A stretch of 64,000 bases of DNA from an uncultured Chloroflexia bacterium (GTDB lineage: Bacteria; Chloroflexota; Limnocylindria; Limnocylindrales; CSP1-4). The DNA is taken from the NCBI GenBank assembly GCA_963776545.1, contig CAVZND010000001.1, positions 278,345-342,344 of the forward strand. The letters are read 5' to 3'. Below are positions 9,044 through 17,938 of this stretch, piece after piece (the stretch's first letter is position 1; every line of letters starts with the position of its first letter). Position numbers and translations under genes: made by a program. The notes under the pieces are model-generated. The model made no database searches and was not told the origin of the DNA. It was given only the letters and a program-made list of their open reading frames with translations.

Positions 9044-11331
9044 CCCCCGCCGCCCGATCCGAGCCACCGACGCAGCAGGAAGTATTCCGGCCGAGGCCGG
9101 TCGTCCGTGATCAAGGGGCCGCTCCCGGCGTACGTCTCGACCGCCGGTCCGGACAGCCACTGCTGGCGGGCGATCACGTTCACCCAACCGTCGACGGTCG
9201 TCGCCGGCGAGTCATAGGCCGATGAGATGTCCTCGAGGACGCCGGGCCGGGCGAGGATCGCGCGGATCGCGTCGGGTTCGAAGCTGAGCGGCTCGGCGGA
9301 GCCGAGCATGTACGCGCCGTAGCCGCCGGCGCCCTTGATGACGGCCACGTTGGGGTACACGGATGCGAACGTCCGGATGTGCTCCCGGAACTCGGCGTCC
9401 GGTGCCCCGTACGGCACCCATTGCATCATCACGCCACCGTCGGTCAGGTGGTCTCGGCCGGCCTGGTAGTACTCGAGCGACGAGATCACCGAGGCGCCGC
9501 TGCTCTCGATCGGCGGCGGCGGGTCGGTGAGGATGATGTCGAAGCGTTCGGTCGTGAGCTCGAGGTGGTTCCGGCCGTCCGCGATGACGACCCGTCCATC
9601 CGGGTCGGCCAGGACCGCCTGGGCGTCGGGGTAGTAGAAGCCGAACATCTCCGGGACCGACGGGACGAGCTCCACCGCGTCCGTACGCAGCCCGGCGATC
9701 AGCGCCGCGCGGAAGGCCGTCCCCATGCCGAATGCCACGACGAGCGCTCGCTTGGAGTCGGGACGGGCGATGAGGGGCAGGATCGGCATCAGCTTCGCGT
9801 CGACGGTCAGCAGCGTCATCGAGGTGCCGGCGACCCACAGCTCCGGCGTGGAGCTGATCTGGCCGGCCTGGACCGAGGCGATCTCGTCCTCGGTGGAGGC
9901 GAACAACTGCCCGCCCGCGGCGCGGATGAATGCCTCGTTTGGTTGGGCCACGACCGCCGGGCGCAGGAGGAACACGCCGACCACCGCGAGCACCCCGGCC
10001 CCGACGACCAGCGTCTCGAGTCGGCGCGGCCGGCCGATCAGGGCCAGCCCGATCCCGAGGGACGTGTTCACGACCGCGAGGATCACGATGACCCACGGCG
10101 AGCCGACGGTCGGCATCAGGACGAATGGCACGAGCAGGCTGCCGAGGATGGCCCCGGTAGTGTTGGAGGCCAGGAGCGAGCCGGACTCCGACCCCGCCTC
10201 GGATGCCCGGTCGCGCAGCAGGGCGGCGGCCGCCGGGAAGGCGATCCCGAGGACGATGGTCACCGGCAGGACGACCAGCACCGCGCTGCCGAACAGCGCC
10301 CGCAGGGTCTCGATCGGCCGGCCCGGTTGGAGCACCTCCGGCTGCCCGAGGACGCCGATCAGCCCGAGGAGGACGAGCCCCGCGACCACGACCTGGCTGA
10401 TCGCCAGCAACCGGAGCGGGTCCCGCAGGCGCGGGCGCAGGAGGTTGAAGATCACCGCCCCGATCGCGATGCCGCTCAGGAAGATGGCGAGGATGACCGT
10501 GAAGACGTACGTGGTGTTGCCGGTGCCCGACGCCAGGAGGCGGGTCCACGTCACCTGGTAGCCGAGCGAGGTGATCCCCGACACGAAGGCGATGACGAGG
10601 GCCAGCCTGACCCGCGACGACGCGGGCATCGTGGCCGGGTCGGGTCGTGGCGCGGCCGCCGGGGCGGGCGGCGTCGGCGTCGTCTCGGCCAAATCGCCCC
10701 GGGCCAGCACGAGAGCCGACACGCCGGCGATCGCCGAGCAGGCGGCCCCGATGGCCAACGCTCCGCCCAGTCCGAAGACCTCGATGAGGACCAGCCCGGC
10801 GGCAAGCGTTCCGGCGATCGCGCCGATCGTGTTCGCCGCGTAGAGGCGACCGAACGCCCGGCTGAGCGCGCTCGAGCGGGCGAGGTATCGGGTGAGACTC
10901 GGGAAGGTCGCGCCCATGAGGATCGTCGCCGGCGCGAGCGCCGCGACCGCCAGGACCAGGCGCACGACCGCGAGCAGGCCCGGGGCGCCTTCGAGACTCG
11001 GATAGATGCCCCGATAGACCTCGTGGATGAGCCGGAAGGAGATGGGCGTCACCAGGACCACCACGACCAGCACCAGCTCCAGGATCCCGTACATCCGGAG
11101 CGGCGAACGGACTCGATCGGCGATCCGGCCGCCCACCGCCGCCCCGATCGCCATGCCTCCGAAGAACCCCGTCAGGATCGCCGAGACGGCCTGTGTGGTG
11201 TTGCCGAACACGAGCACGAGCTGTCGGGACCAGACGATCTCGTAGATGAGCCCCGCCGCTCCCGACAGGATGAAGATGGCCAGCACGGCCATCGTGCGGC
11301 CGGCGTCGGTCCGCCGAGTCTCCCCGTTCAT
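9040..11331 (-). CDS. Membrane-domain/spermidine-synthase-like fusion protein
   Basis: SGAAGLIYEIVWSRQL and LYAANTIGAIAG membrane repeats; C-terminal FGMGT, AVELVP, ADGRNHL, FDIILTDPPPP, ITDDRP. Confidence 0.8.
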   Translation of the reverse strand: MNGETRRTDAGRTMAVLAIFILSGAAGLIYEIVWSRQLVLVFGNTTQAVSAILTGFFGGMAIGAAVGGRIADRVRSPLRMYGILELVLVVVVLVTPISFRLIHEVYRGIYPSLEGAPGLLAVVRLVLAVAALAPATILMGATFPSLTRYLARSSALSRAFGRLYAANTIGAIAGTLAAGLVLIEVFGLGGALAIGAACSAIAGVSALVLARGDLAETTPTPPAPAAAPRPDPATMPASSRVRLALVIAFVSGITSLGYQVTWTRLLASGTGNTTYVFTVILAIFLSGIAIGAVIFNLLRPRLRDPLRLLAISQVVVAGLVLLGLIGVLGQPEVLQPGRPIETLRALFGSAVLVVLPVTIVLGIAFPAAAALLRDRASEAGSESGSLLASNTTGAILGSLLVPFVLMPTVGSPWVIVILAVVNTSLGIGLALIGRPRRLETLVVGAGVLAVVGVFLLRPAVVAQPNEAFIRAAGGQLFASTEDEIASVQAGQISSTPELWVAGTSMTLLTVDAKLMPILPLIARPDSKRALVVAFGMGTAFRAALIAGLRTDAVELVPSVPEMFGFYYPDAQAVLADPDGRVVIADGRNHLELTTERFDIILTDPPPPIESSGASVISSLEYYQAGRDHLTDGGVMMQWVPYGAPDAEFREHIRTFASVYPNVAVIKGAGGYGAYMLGSAEPLSFEPDAIRAILARPGVLEDISSAYDSPATTVDGWVNVIARQQWLSGPAVETYAGSGPLITDDRPRPEYFLLRRWLGSGGGG

Positions 11332-12551
11332 TTGAGGTTGTACGCCCAGTACACGCCGACCGCGTTGACGAGGACGCCAGCGACGATCAGGACGCGCCAG
11401 CCGGTGCCGACGCCGCCCCGATAGACGGCTGCGAGACCGCACAGGGCGATGACGAACGGGACCGAATCGAGGAAGTACCGGTAGCCGTACTGGAGCCAGC
11501 CACCGCCGTAGTAGAGCAGGGTCGGGATGAGGACGGCGATGATCGCCCCGAGGAGAAGCCAGGACCGGCGCTCTCGCCAGTCGGCGCGGACCGCGAAGAA
11601 CAGCGCGGGGCTGGTCAGGAAGATCGAGAGGCCCAGGCCGTCGGGCATGAAGAACGGGAAGTCCGGGATCGGCCTAGGCAGGTGGAAGAACAGGAAATCC
11701 AGGTTCATCGAGATGTGGCTGATCGAGAAGAGCCCTTGATCGCGCAGGACCTCGAGGAACGGCGGCAGCGTCGCCAGCGCGTAGCCGGACTCGAAGGGCG
11801 TGCCGAACCGGATCTGGTTGTAGGCGAAGAACGCGACGAGAGCCGGCAGGGTCCCGATCCCGAGCCACACCCAGGAACGCCACGGGAACCCCGTCGCCCG
11901 CTCGATGTAGCCGCCCGGGACGGTCGCCGCCGCGATGGCCGGTCTGGGATCGAGGAGGAGCGCATAGAACGGGATCGCGAACGCGAGCGGCGCCCGGGTC
12001 AGGAACGCGGCGCCCGCAAGCAGGCCGATGAGCCAGGCGCGCTGGCGGCCCCACAGCTCGATGAGGCAGGCGAACGTCAGGATCGTGGCGATGAGGTGGC
12101 CGGTGTGCCAGACACCACCGCGAGTCGTGACCCACAGGATCTGCGTGGAGAAGCCGAACAGGATCGTCAGCCAGACGCGATCCGCGAGCCGAGGCACCCT
12201 GAGGCGACCGAGCAGCCACCAGCACAGCCCGACGCCGGTCCCCGCGAGCAGCGCATTGATCAGCGGCTCCCATGCGGCCGCGGACACCGGGCCGATCAGC
12301 GCGACGAGCGGCATGAGGGCGACGGCCGGGAACGGTGCGAAGGGCACGTAGAAGTGGCGGCCGACGATGATGACGTCGTACGGGCCCGGTTGGACTGTCA
12401 GCCAGGTCCGGCCGTGGAGGAAGGCGTCGGCGAGGTAGAAGAAGTCCGGCCGCCCCGCCGTGAACAGGCGATCGGCCAGCACGTAGATGATCGTCGAGGC
12501 GCCGGCGATGCCGAGTCCGATCAGGGTCGCGCGGTCGCGGCGCTCGGTCAC
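11328..12551 (-). CDS. Polytopic membrane protein, putative GT-C glycosyltransferase
   Basis: GTG start in a GTGA overlap; YLADAFLHG, YVPFAPFPA, YNQIRFGTPFESGY, QYGYRYFLD. Confidence 0.6.
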   Translation of the reverse strand: MTERRDRATLIGLGIAGASTIIYVLADRLFTAGRPDFFYLADAFLHGRTWLTVQPGPYDVIIVGRHFYVPFAPFPAVALMPLVALIGPVSAAAWEPLINALLAGTGVGLCWWLLGRLRVPRLADRVWLTILFGFSTQILWVTTRGGVWHTGHLIATILTFACLIELWGRQRAWLIGLLAGAAFLTRAPLAFAIPFYALLLDPRPAIAAATVPGGYIERATGFPWRSWVWLGIGTLPALVAFFAYNQIRFGTPFESGYALATLPPFLEVLRDQGLFSISHISMNLDFLFFHLPRPIPDFPFFMPDGLGLSIFLTSPALFFAVRADWRERRSWLLLGAIIAVLIPTLLYYGGGWLQYGYRYFLDSVPFVIALCGLAAVYRGGVGTGWRVLIVAGVLVNAVGVYWAYNLK

Positions 12552-13633
12552 GCGGCCGCGCCGTTGGCCCGCGAGCGGACGCCCACCAACGCGGTTGCCA
12601 CGAGCGAGACCCAGAACACGATCGGGTAGACCACTGGCGGCGTGATGCCGACCAATGGGAAGGCGGTCGCGAGCGGGATGGCCAGGGCCCACCAGCGACC
12701 CGCCGCGAGGAGATAGGCGACCGGCAGCAGCAACAGCATCGCGTAATGGTCCCAGAGGATCGGCGAGAGGAGCTGGCTCGCGACGACCGCGACGAGGTAG
12801 GACGCCTCCGACGTCGCGAGGCGCGCCGCGATGACGACCGCCGCGAGCACCGCGACCGTGCTGACCAGCTGGACGAGCGCCGCCACGTCCGCGCCGATCC
12901 CCAGCTGGTAGGCGATCGATCCCGGCGTGAAGTTGTGTGCGGTCGTGATCGGGTCGCTGACCCGGCGAACGAGCGTGACGAAATCCGCCCACGAGCCCAT
13001 GCCGGCGGTCAGGGTCGCGGCCACGGCGAGGACGAGCAGGCCGAAGGCGCCCACGACCACGGCACGATACCGCCCGGTCAGCAGCGCCCACACCAGGATG
13101 AGTCCCGGCTGGAGCTTGATCGCCGCCCCGAGGGCGCCACTCAGCCCGAGACGGACCGGATCGTCCAGCCAGCGCCACCCGACGGCGAAGCACAGGAACA
13201 GGATCGGCCCCACCTGGCCGAGCTTGACCGCATAGGCGAACGGCCAGGAGAGGCCGGCCAGGAGGACGATCCACCAACGAACGGTCGTCGAGACCGGCAG
13301 GATCGCGACACCGACGAGGAACGCCGCGACCAGCAGGCCGGTCCAGACCCAGACCGCCGTCGTGGACGACAGCCACCCGAACGGCAGGATGAGCGGCACG
13401 AACGTGGGCGGGTAGTAGAAGAGCCCGAAGGCGCCGCTCGCCTCGAACCCGAGGTCGTAGACCGGGGCTCCGGCCAGCAGCCGGACGGCCGCCTGGTGAT
13501 AGGCGAGGAAATCGAACCCGAGCGTGTCACCGGCGACGGCGACGGTCGCTCCGACGACCGCCGCGAAGACCAGGACGGCGACGATCGGCAGCGCCGCTCG
13601 GGCCAACCGCGGCGGGTCGAACGCAGCGGTCAC
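12548..13633 (-). CDS. GT87/DUF2029-like membrane glycosyltransferase
   Basis: GFDFLAY..AA, FYYPPTF, KLGQV, AIKLQP, SPILWDHY; GTGA overlap. Confidence 0.8.
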   Translation of the reverse strand: MTAAFDPPRLARAALPIVAVLVFAAVVGATVAVAGDTLGFDFLAYHQAAVRLLAGAPVYDLGFEASGAFGLFYYPPTFVPLILPFGWLSSTTAVWVWTGLLVAAFLVGVAILPVSTTVRWWIVLLAGLSWPFAYAVKLGQVGPILFLCFAVGWRWLDDPVRLGLSGALGAAIKLQPGLILVWALLTGRYRAVVVGAFGLLVLAVAATLTAGMGSWADFVTLVRRVSDPITTAHNFTPGSIAYQLGIGADVAALVQLVSTVAVLAAVVIAARLATSEASYLVAVVASQLLSPILWDHYAMLLLLPVAYLLAAGRWWALAIPLATAFPLVGITPPVVYPIVFWVSLVATALVGVRSRANGAAA

Positions 13634-14430
13634 GTGGGCCGGCGGGCGCCCCGGCCGTCGGCGCGATGGATGAGCGGGATGCGGAAGAGGTCCCACGCCA
13701 CGCGCAGCGCCAGTCCCGGCCGAGCGCGCATCCGCGATCCACGCCGGTCATACCAGTGGATCGGGACGACGACGAGCCGATAGCCGCGACGCCGGGCCAG
13801 GTAGATGAGCTCGACATCGAACACGATGCTCGTGATCCGCTGGCGCTCGAACAGGTCGCGAGCGGCCTCGCGCGTGAAGCCCTTGAAGCCGCACTGCGTG
13901 TCCTTGACCGGGCCGACGACCCACGCCGATGCCAGGACGTGGAACGCCCGGCCCAGGAGGCGCCGGTACCGCGGCTGGGTGGCGCGCATGTCGGAGCCGT
14001 CCGCCTGGATGCGCGACCCGAGCGCGACGTCGTGATCGGCGAGGGCCTCGACGAGGAGCGGGAGTTGATCGGGCGGGGTCGCCATGTCGGCGTCGGCGAA
14101 GACGACGAGATCGCCTTCCGCGGCCAGCATCCCGGCCCGGACCGCGGCCCCCTTCCCTCCGTGCGGGACGGTGAGCACGCCGAGACGAACGGCGGCGTCG
14201 CCGGCGACCTCGGGCCGGGACCGGACGAGGGCGGCGGTGCCGTCGGCGCTGCCATCGTCCACGACGAGGACGTCGATCCGCTCGGGTAGTCCGGCCGATC
14301 CGGGAGCGCCCTCCCGCGCCCGATCCCCTCGTCGGCGGAGGTACCCGAAGAGCTCGTCGAGCGCCGGGCCGATCCGCTCCGCCTCGTCATAGGCGGGCAG
14401 CACGATGGTGAGGCTCTCGGCGGCGGACAT
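13630..14430 (-). CDS. GT2 dolichyl/polyprenyl-phosphate beta-glucosyltransferase-like protein
   Basis: VLPAYDE, VVDDGSADGT, GKGAAVRAG, FADADMATP, DTQCGFKGF, FDVELI. Confidence 0.9.
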   Translation of the reverse strand: MSAAESLTIVLPAYDEAERIGPALDELFGYLRRRGDRAREGAPGSAGLPERIDVLVVDDGSADGTAALVRSRPEVAGDAAVRLGVLTVPHGGKGAAVRAGMLAAEGDLVVFADADMATPPDQLPLLVEALADHDVALGSRIQADGSDMRATQPRYRRLLGRAFHVLASAWVVGPVKDTQCGFKGFTREAARDLFERQRITSIVFDVELIYLARRRGYRLVVVPIHWYDRRGSRMRARPGLALRVAWDLFRIPLIHRADGRGARRPT

Positions 14431-14437
14431 CGCCGGA

Positions 14438-14443
14438 AGTCTA
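14438..14443 (-). promoter_or_regulatory. Putative -10 box TAGACT (leaderless promoter)
   Basis: 7 nt upstream of ATG 14430; its TAG is also the upstream stop codon. Confidence 0.4.
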
Positions 14444-16006
14444 CGGGCTGGCCGAGGCGTCCGGGTCCGCGACCTCGTAGAGCTCGAAGGCGCTGCGCCC
14501 CCCGAACCGGTACTCGGTGTCCGGGCGACGGTCCCACGCGACGCCGAAGAGCTGCTCGAACAGGCTGGGGAACAGGTTGACCAATGTCAGGTTCGGCTCG
14601 AGCGTCACCCGGTCGTCGGTGGAGCGTACGGCCAGCAGGTTCTTGAACCGAAGCCGGATGTCACCACCGTCAGCGCCGATCCATGAGCCATGGTCCGAGA
14701 AGATGATCACGACCGCGGGCCGGCCGCGGGCGGCGATCGCGGCGTCGAGCCTGGGCAGGGCCTCGACCAGGCGCCGGTCCGCGTCGGCGACCTGGGCGGC
14801 GTAGCCCGCCTTGAGCTGCTCGACGGTCAGACCGGTCGAGGCGGGCGTCTCCGCCAGCCACTGGTCGTGGAATGACACCGTGCGCGGCGACCCGTCCGCG
14901 TTGAAGACCCATGGCGGATGCGGACTGGGCACGTGGGCGAAGACGAACTGCGGCCGGTCGCCGATCCACGATGGCGCGGCCGCGAACGCGTCGAAGATCC
15001 CCTTGATCCGGTCCCGCTGCTGGCCACTGACCGAATCCGGAGCGACGACCTCCAGCACGCGGCCGACGACCGACCGCTTCAGCACGGCCAGCTCGAACTC
15101 GTTCAGCTGGCCGGTGTCCACGAAGCGGTCCGCCTCACGCAACGCGACCTGCTCGAAGCCCGACGAGACCGAGTTGATCTCGTAGCCGCTATCGCGCAGG
15201 AACGTCCAGGTGGGGTTGTCGTTGATGACGTTGCGGACGATGCCGCCGGGCGGCTGGTCCTCGGTCACCGCCAGCAGGTCGGCCATGCGCGGCACGTCCG
15301 CGAGCTGGGCCTGGCTGAACATCGAGGCCAGCGTCTCGCCGGTCTGCGTGTAGTTGGACCGACTCCGCGGCGCCACCGTGAATCCCTCCGCATCGAGGGC
15401 CCGGACGAGTGCCGAGCCGTCGCTGCCGAACACACCGGTCACGACGTCGGCGCGAGCATGGCCGTCGACCAGCAGCATGTAGATGTCGGGATCGGTGTCG
15501 CCAGAGGCCGCCCTGGCGACGGCCGGTCGCAGCGCCGTCTCATGCGTCACGGAACGGACGGCATCCGACAACGCGCCGGTCTGGACCGCCTGGATCGCGA
15601 CCGCCAGCGCGAACACCACCGCCAGCCTCGAGAAGACGAGCCCGATCCGCGACCAGCGGATGGTCTGGCGCGCCTTCGGCAGGAGGTATCGCTCGGCCAG
15701 GAGCAGCAAGGTCGCTGCGCCGATCGCCACTGCCAGCCGCGGGTCATCGCCACCCAGCAGCGCCAGCACCCATAGGGCGGCCGCGATGCCGCCGCGGTCG
15801 GGATCGCCGAAGAGCAGACGGCCCAGCACGGCAAGGACCAGCGCCAGCACGATCGCGACGATCATCGGGCGCCCGGCCGAGAACGGGCTGACGCCCGAGA
15901 CGTTCACGAGTTCGACGACGAGCGTCACCGCCAGCAGGACCGGATAGAGCGCGATCGTCCGGGCCGGGCGCGCCGTGATCGCGATCGGCTCGGCCACGGC
16001 CGTCAT
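14441..16006 (-). CDS. Membrane-anchored alkaline-phosphatase/sulfatase-superfamily transferase (paralogue 1)
   Basis: N-terminal TM helices; PDIYMLLVDG, SNYTQT, FVFAHVPSPHPP, IIFSDHG; ATGA overlap at 16006. Confidence 0.75.
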   Translation of the reverse strand: MTAVAEPIAITARPARTIALYPVLLAVTLVVELVNVSGVSPFSAGRPMIVAIVLALVLAVLGRLLFGDPDRGGIAAALWVLALLGGDDPRLAVAIGAATLLLLAERYLLPKARQTIRWSRIGLVFSRLAVVFALAVAIQAVQTGALSDAVRSVTHETALRPAVARAASGDTDPDIYMLLVDGHARADVVTGVFGSDGSALVRALDAEGFTVAPRSRSNYTQTGETLASMFSQAQLADVPRMADLLAVTEDQPPGGIVRNVINDNPTWTFLRDSGYEINSVSSGFEQVALREADRFVDTGQLNEFELAVLKRSVVGRVLEVVAPDSVSGQQRDRIKGIFDAFAAAPSWIGDRPQFVFAHVPSPHPPWVFNADGSPRTVSFHDQWLAETPASTGLTVEQLKAGYAAQVADADRRLVEALPRLDAAIAARGRPAVVIIFSDHGSWIGADGGDIRLRFKNLLAVRSTDDRVTLEPNLTLVNLFPSLFEQLFGVAWDRRPDTEYRFGGRSAFELYEVADPDASASP

Positions 16007-17601
16007 GGCGTCCACCCCGTGATCGGCGGCACCTCGACGACGTCGAGGTAGGAGGCGCTCTTCCATGCCCAGATGGTGTCCGGGCGACGTTCCGTCGGCG
16101 TGCCGAGGTATGCCCCGAGCAACGTCCCGAACAGGTTGACCGGCGTCGGCCGCTCGGCCAGCAGGTCCGGGTGATCGGGGGTCAGGGCCGCCAGGAAGTT
16201 GCTCGCCCGGAGCTGGATGTCCGACGTGAAGGGCTTGACCGTCGAGAACTCGCCGGAGGGGCCGTGATCGGACATGACGACGATGACGGGCGGGGCCGAG
16301 GACGCCGACCGGACGGCATCGATCGCATCGATCGCCAGTCGTCCGATGTGGGTCGCCTGGGCGAAACCCGCTGCGAGCTCGGCCTCGTCGGACAGGTAGG
16401 GCTCGCCACCCAGCGACACGACCGCCGGGTTGCGTGGCGAGCCGTCCGCCTCGAAGACCCATGGTGGGTGTGGCGCGGGGACGTGCACGAAGACGAAGCG
16501 CGGCCGGTCGTGCGGTTCCGCCGCCAACCGCCCGGCCATGCCGAACGTGTCGTTGATCCGGGCGCGCTCGAGACCGGCGACGGTGCCGGGCGAGACCAGG
16601 TCGATCACCTCGTCGATGTGGGTGTTGTGCATCAGAGCCCGTTCGAGCTCGGCCGGCTCGGCGACTTCGATGAAGCGATCGACGGCACGCAATTCAGCGT
16701 GAGCGTACCCGCCGTCGACCGCGACGACCTCGTACCCGGCGGCACGCAGGATGGCGAAGACCGCCGAATCGTCGAGGACGGCTCGGAGGTGCCGCCAGTC
16801 ATCGAACATCGGGCCGTGGGGAGGGCCGAGCTCCGGGATATCGGCGAGGTGACGCATGGACAGCATCGAGGCCAGGGTCAGGGGTGTCAGGAGGTAGTTC
16901 GAGTGGGCGTCACGGACGACGTCGAAGCCACGAGTCTCGAGAGCCGCCGGGAAGGCGTCGGCGTCGAACGTCGCCGAATGAGCGGCCGCCCGATCGCCCG
17001 GATAGGCATCCAGCAGGAAGACGTACATGTCCGGCAGGCCGGGCGCGGCCGGCCCGAGGGCGGGCAGCGCTGGACGGGCGATATCCGCCGCGGCCGTCGC
17101 GAGTGAGCCCGTCTGGAAGAGCTTCAGTCCGATGGCCACCGCCACGATGAAGGCGACGCCCGTCAGCACTCGCCCGATGAGATCCGCTCCTCGGAGAGGC
17201 CGGCCGCGACGGGCGATCCCCTCGATGAGCAAGACCACGCCGACCGCGAGCAGTGCGATCGCCAGGCGGTCGTCCGAGGCGAGCAGGACGAGCACGAGGA
17301 CCAGCACGAAGAAGCCCGCTCGATGGCGGTCGTCGAGGATCGCGGCCATCAAGAGCGTGAGCGCGAGGCCGACGCCGACCGCGACCAGCAACGGTCGGGC
17401 CAGAAGGGCCGGATGGATCCCGGCGTTGCTCCAGGTCAGAAAGACCAGCGCGGAGGCGAAGACGGCCGGGTAGAGCGGGATGCGCCACCAGGGTCGTCGC
17501 GTCGGTTCCCGCCACCAGCGCCGCCGCGTGGTCTCGTCGGTCGGCGGCTCCGTCGACCGCGGGCTGTCGTCGTCGGGGAGCGCCGGATCAGGCTGCGTGA
17601 T
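16003..17601 (-). CDS. Membrane-anchored alkaline-phosphatase/sulfatase-superfamily transferase (paralogue 2); start uncertain
   Basis: PDMYVFLLDAY, SNYLLT, FVFVHVPAPHPP, VMSDHG; homology (IPLYPAVF) extends upstream of the first canonical start (TTG 17391); ATC at 17601 proposed. Confidence 0.7.
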   Translation of the reverse strand: MTQPDPALPDDDSPRSTEPPTDETTRRRWWREPTRRPWWRIPLYPAVFASALVFLTWSNAGIHPALLARPLLVAVGVGLALTLLMAAILDDRHRAGFFVLVLVLVLLASDDRLAIALLAVGVVLLIEGIARRGRPLRGADLIGRVLTGVAFIVAVAIGLKLFQTGSLATAAADIARPALPALGPAAPGLPDMYVFLLDAYPGDRAAAHSATFDADAFPAALETRGFDVVRDAHSNYLLTPLTLASMLSMRHLADIPELGPPHGPMFDDWRHLRAVLDDSAVFAILRAAGYEVVAVDGGYAHAELRAVDRFIEVAEPAELERALMHNTHIDEVIDLVSPGTVAGLERARINDTFGMAGRLAAEPHDRPRFVFVHVPAPHPPWVFEADGSPRNPAVVSLGGEPYLSDEAELAAGFAQATHIGRLAIDAIDAVRSASSAPPVIVVMSDHGPSGEFSTVKPFTSDIQLRASNFLAALTPDHPDLLAERPTPVNLFGTLLGAYLGTPTERRPDTIWAWKSASYLDVVEVPPITGWTP

Positions 17602-17767
17602 CTGTCGGCTTGGTCGGCGGCTGGCTCGAGCGCTCGCCGCGCAGGGAGCGGGTGACGCGAGCGATCTGCTGCCGGAAGAAGAATGGGATCGCGACGGCGG
17701 TCGCGATCACCGCCTGGATGATGAGGCTACCCGAGCCCGGATCGATGTACGCCAGGAGATGCAGCAT
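17588..17767 (-). CDS. Small single-TM protein with AYIDPGSGS motif (59 aa)
   Basis: GGAGGA SD upstream of ATG 17767; MLHLLAYIDPGSGSLIIQAVIA, hydrophobic helix, basic tail. Confidence 0.75.
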   Translation of the reverse strand: MLHLLAYIDPGSGSLIIQAVIATAVAIPFFFRQQIARVTRSLRGERSSQPPTKPTDHAA

Positions 17768-17938
17768 CCGAATAAGTCCTCCGCCGACGCCCACGAGGGC
17801 ACTCGATAGAACGCACTGCGTGTCGAACGCGGTGCATTGGTGCAACCGTCGCGGGCCATCATGACGGAGTGCCCTTGGCGGGACGCATCCCCCGATGGTC
17901 CTGTAGGCTCGGAGTCAGACGGCCAGAGGAGGGTTCGG

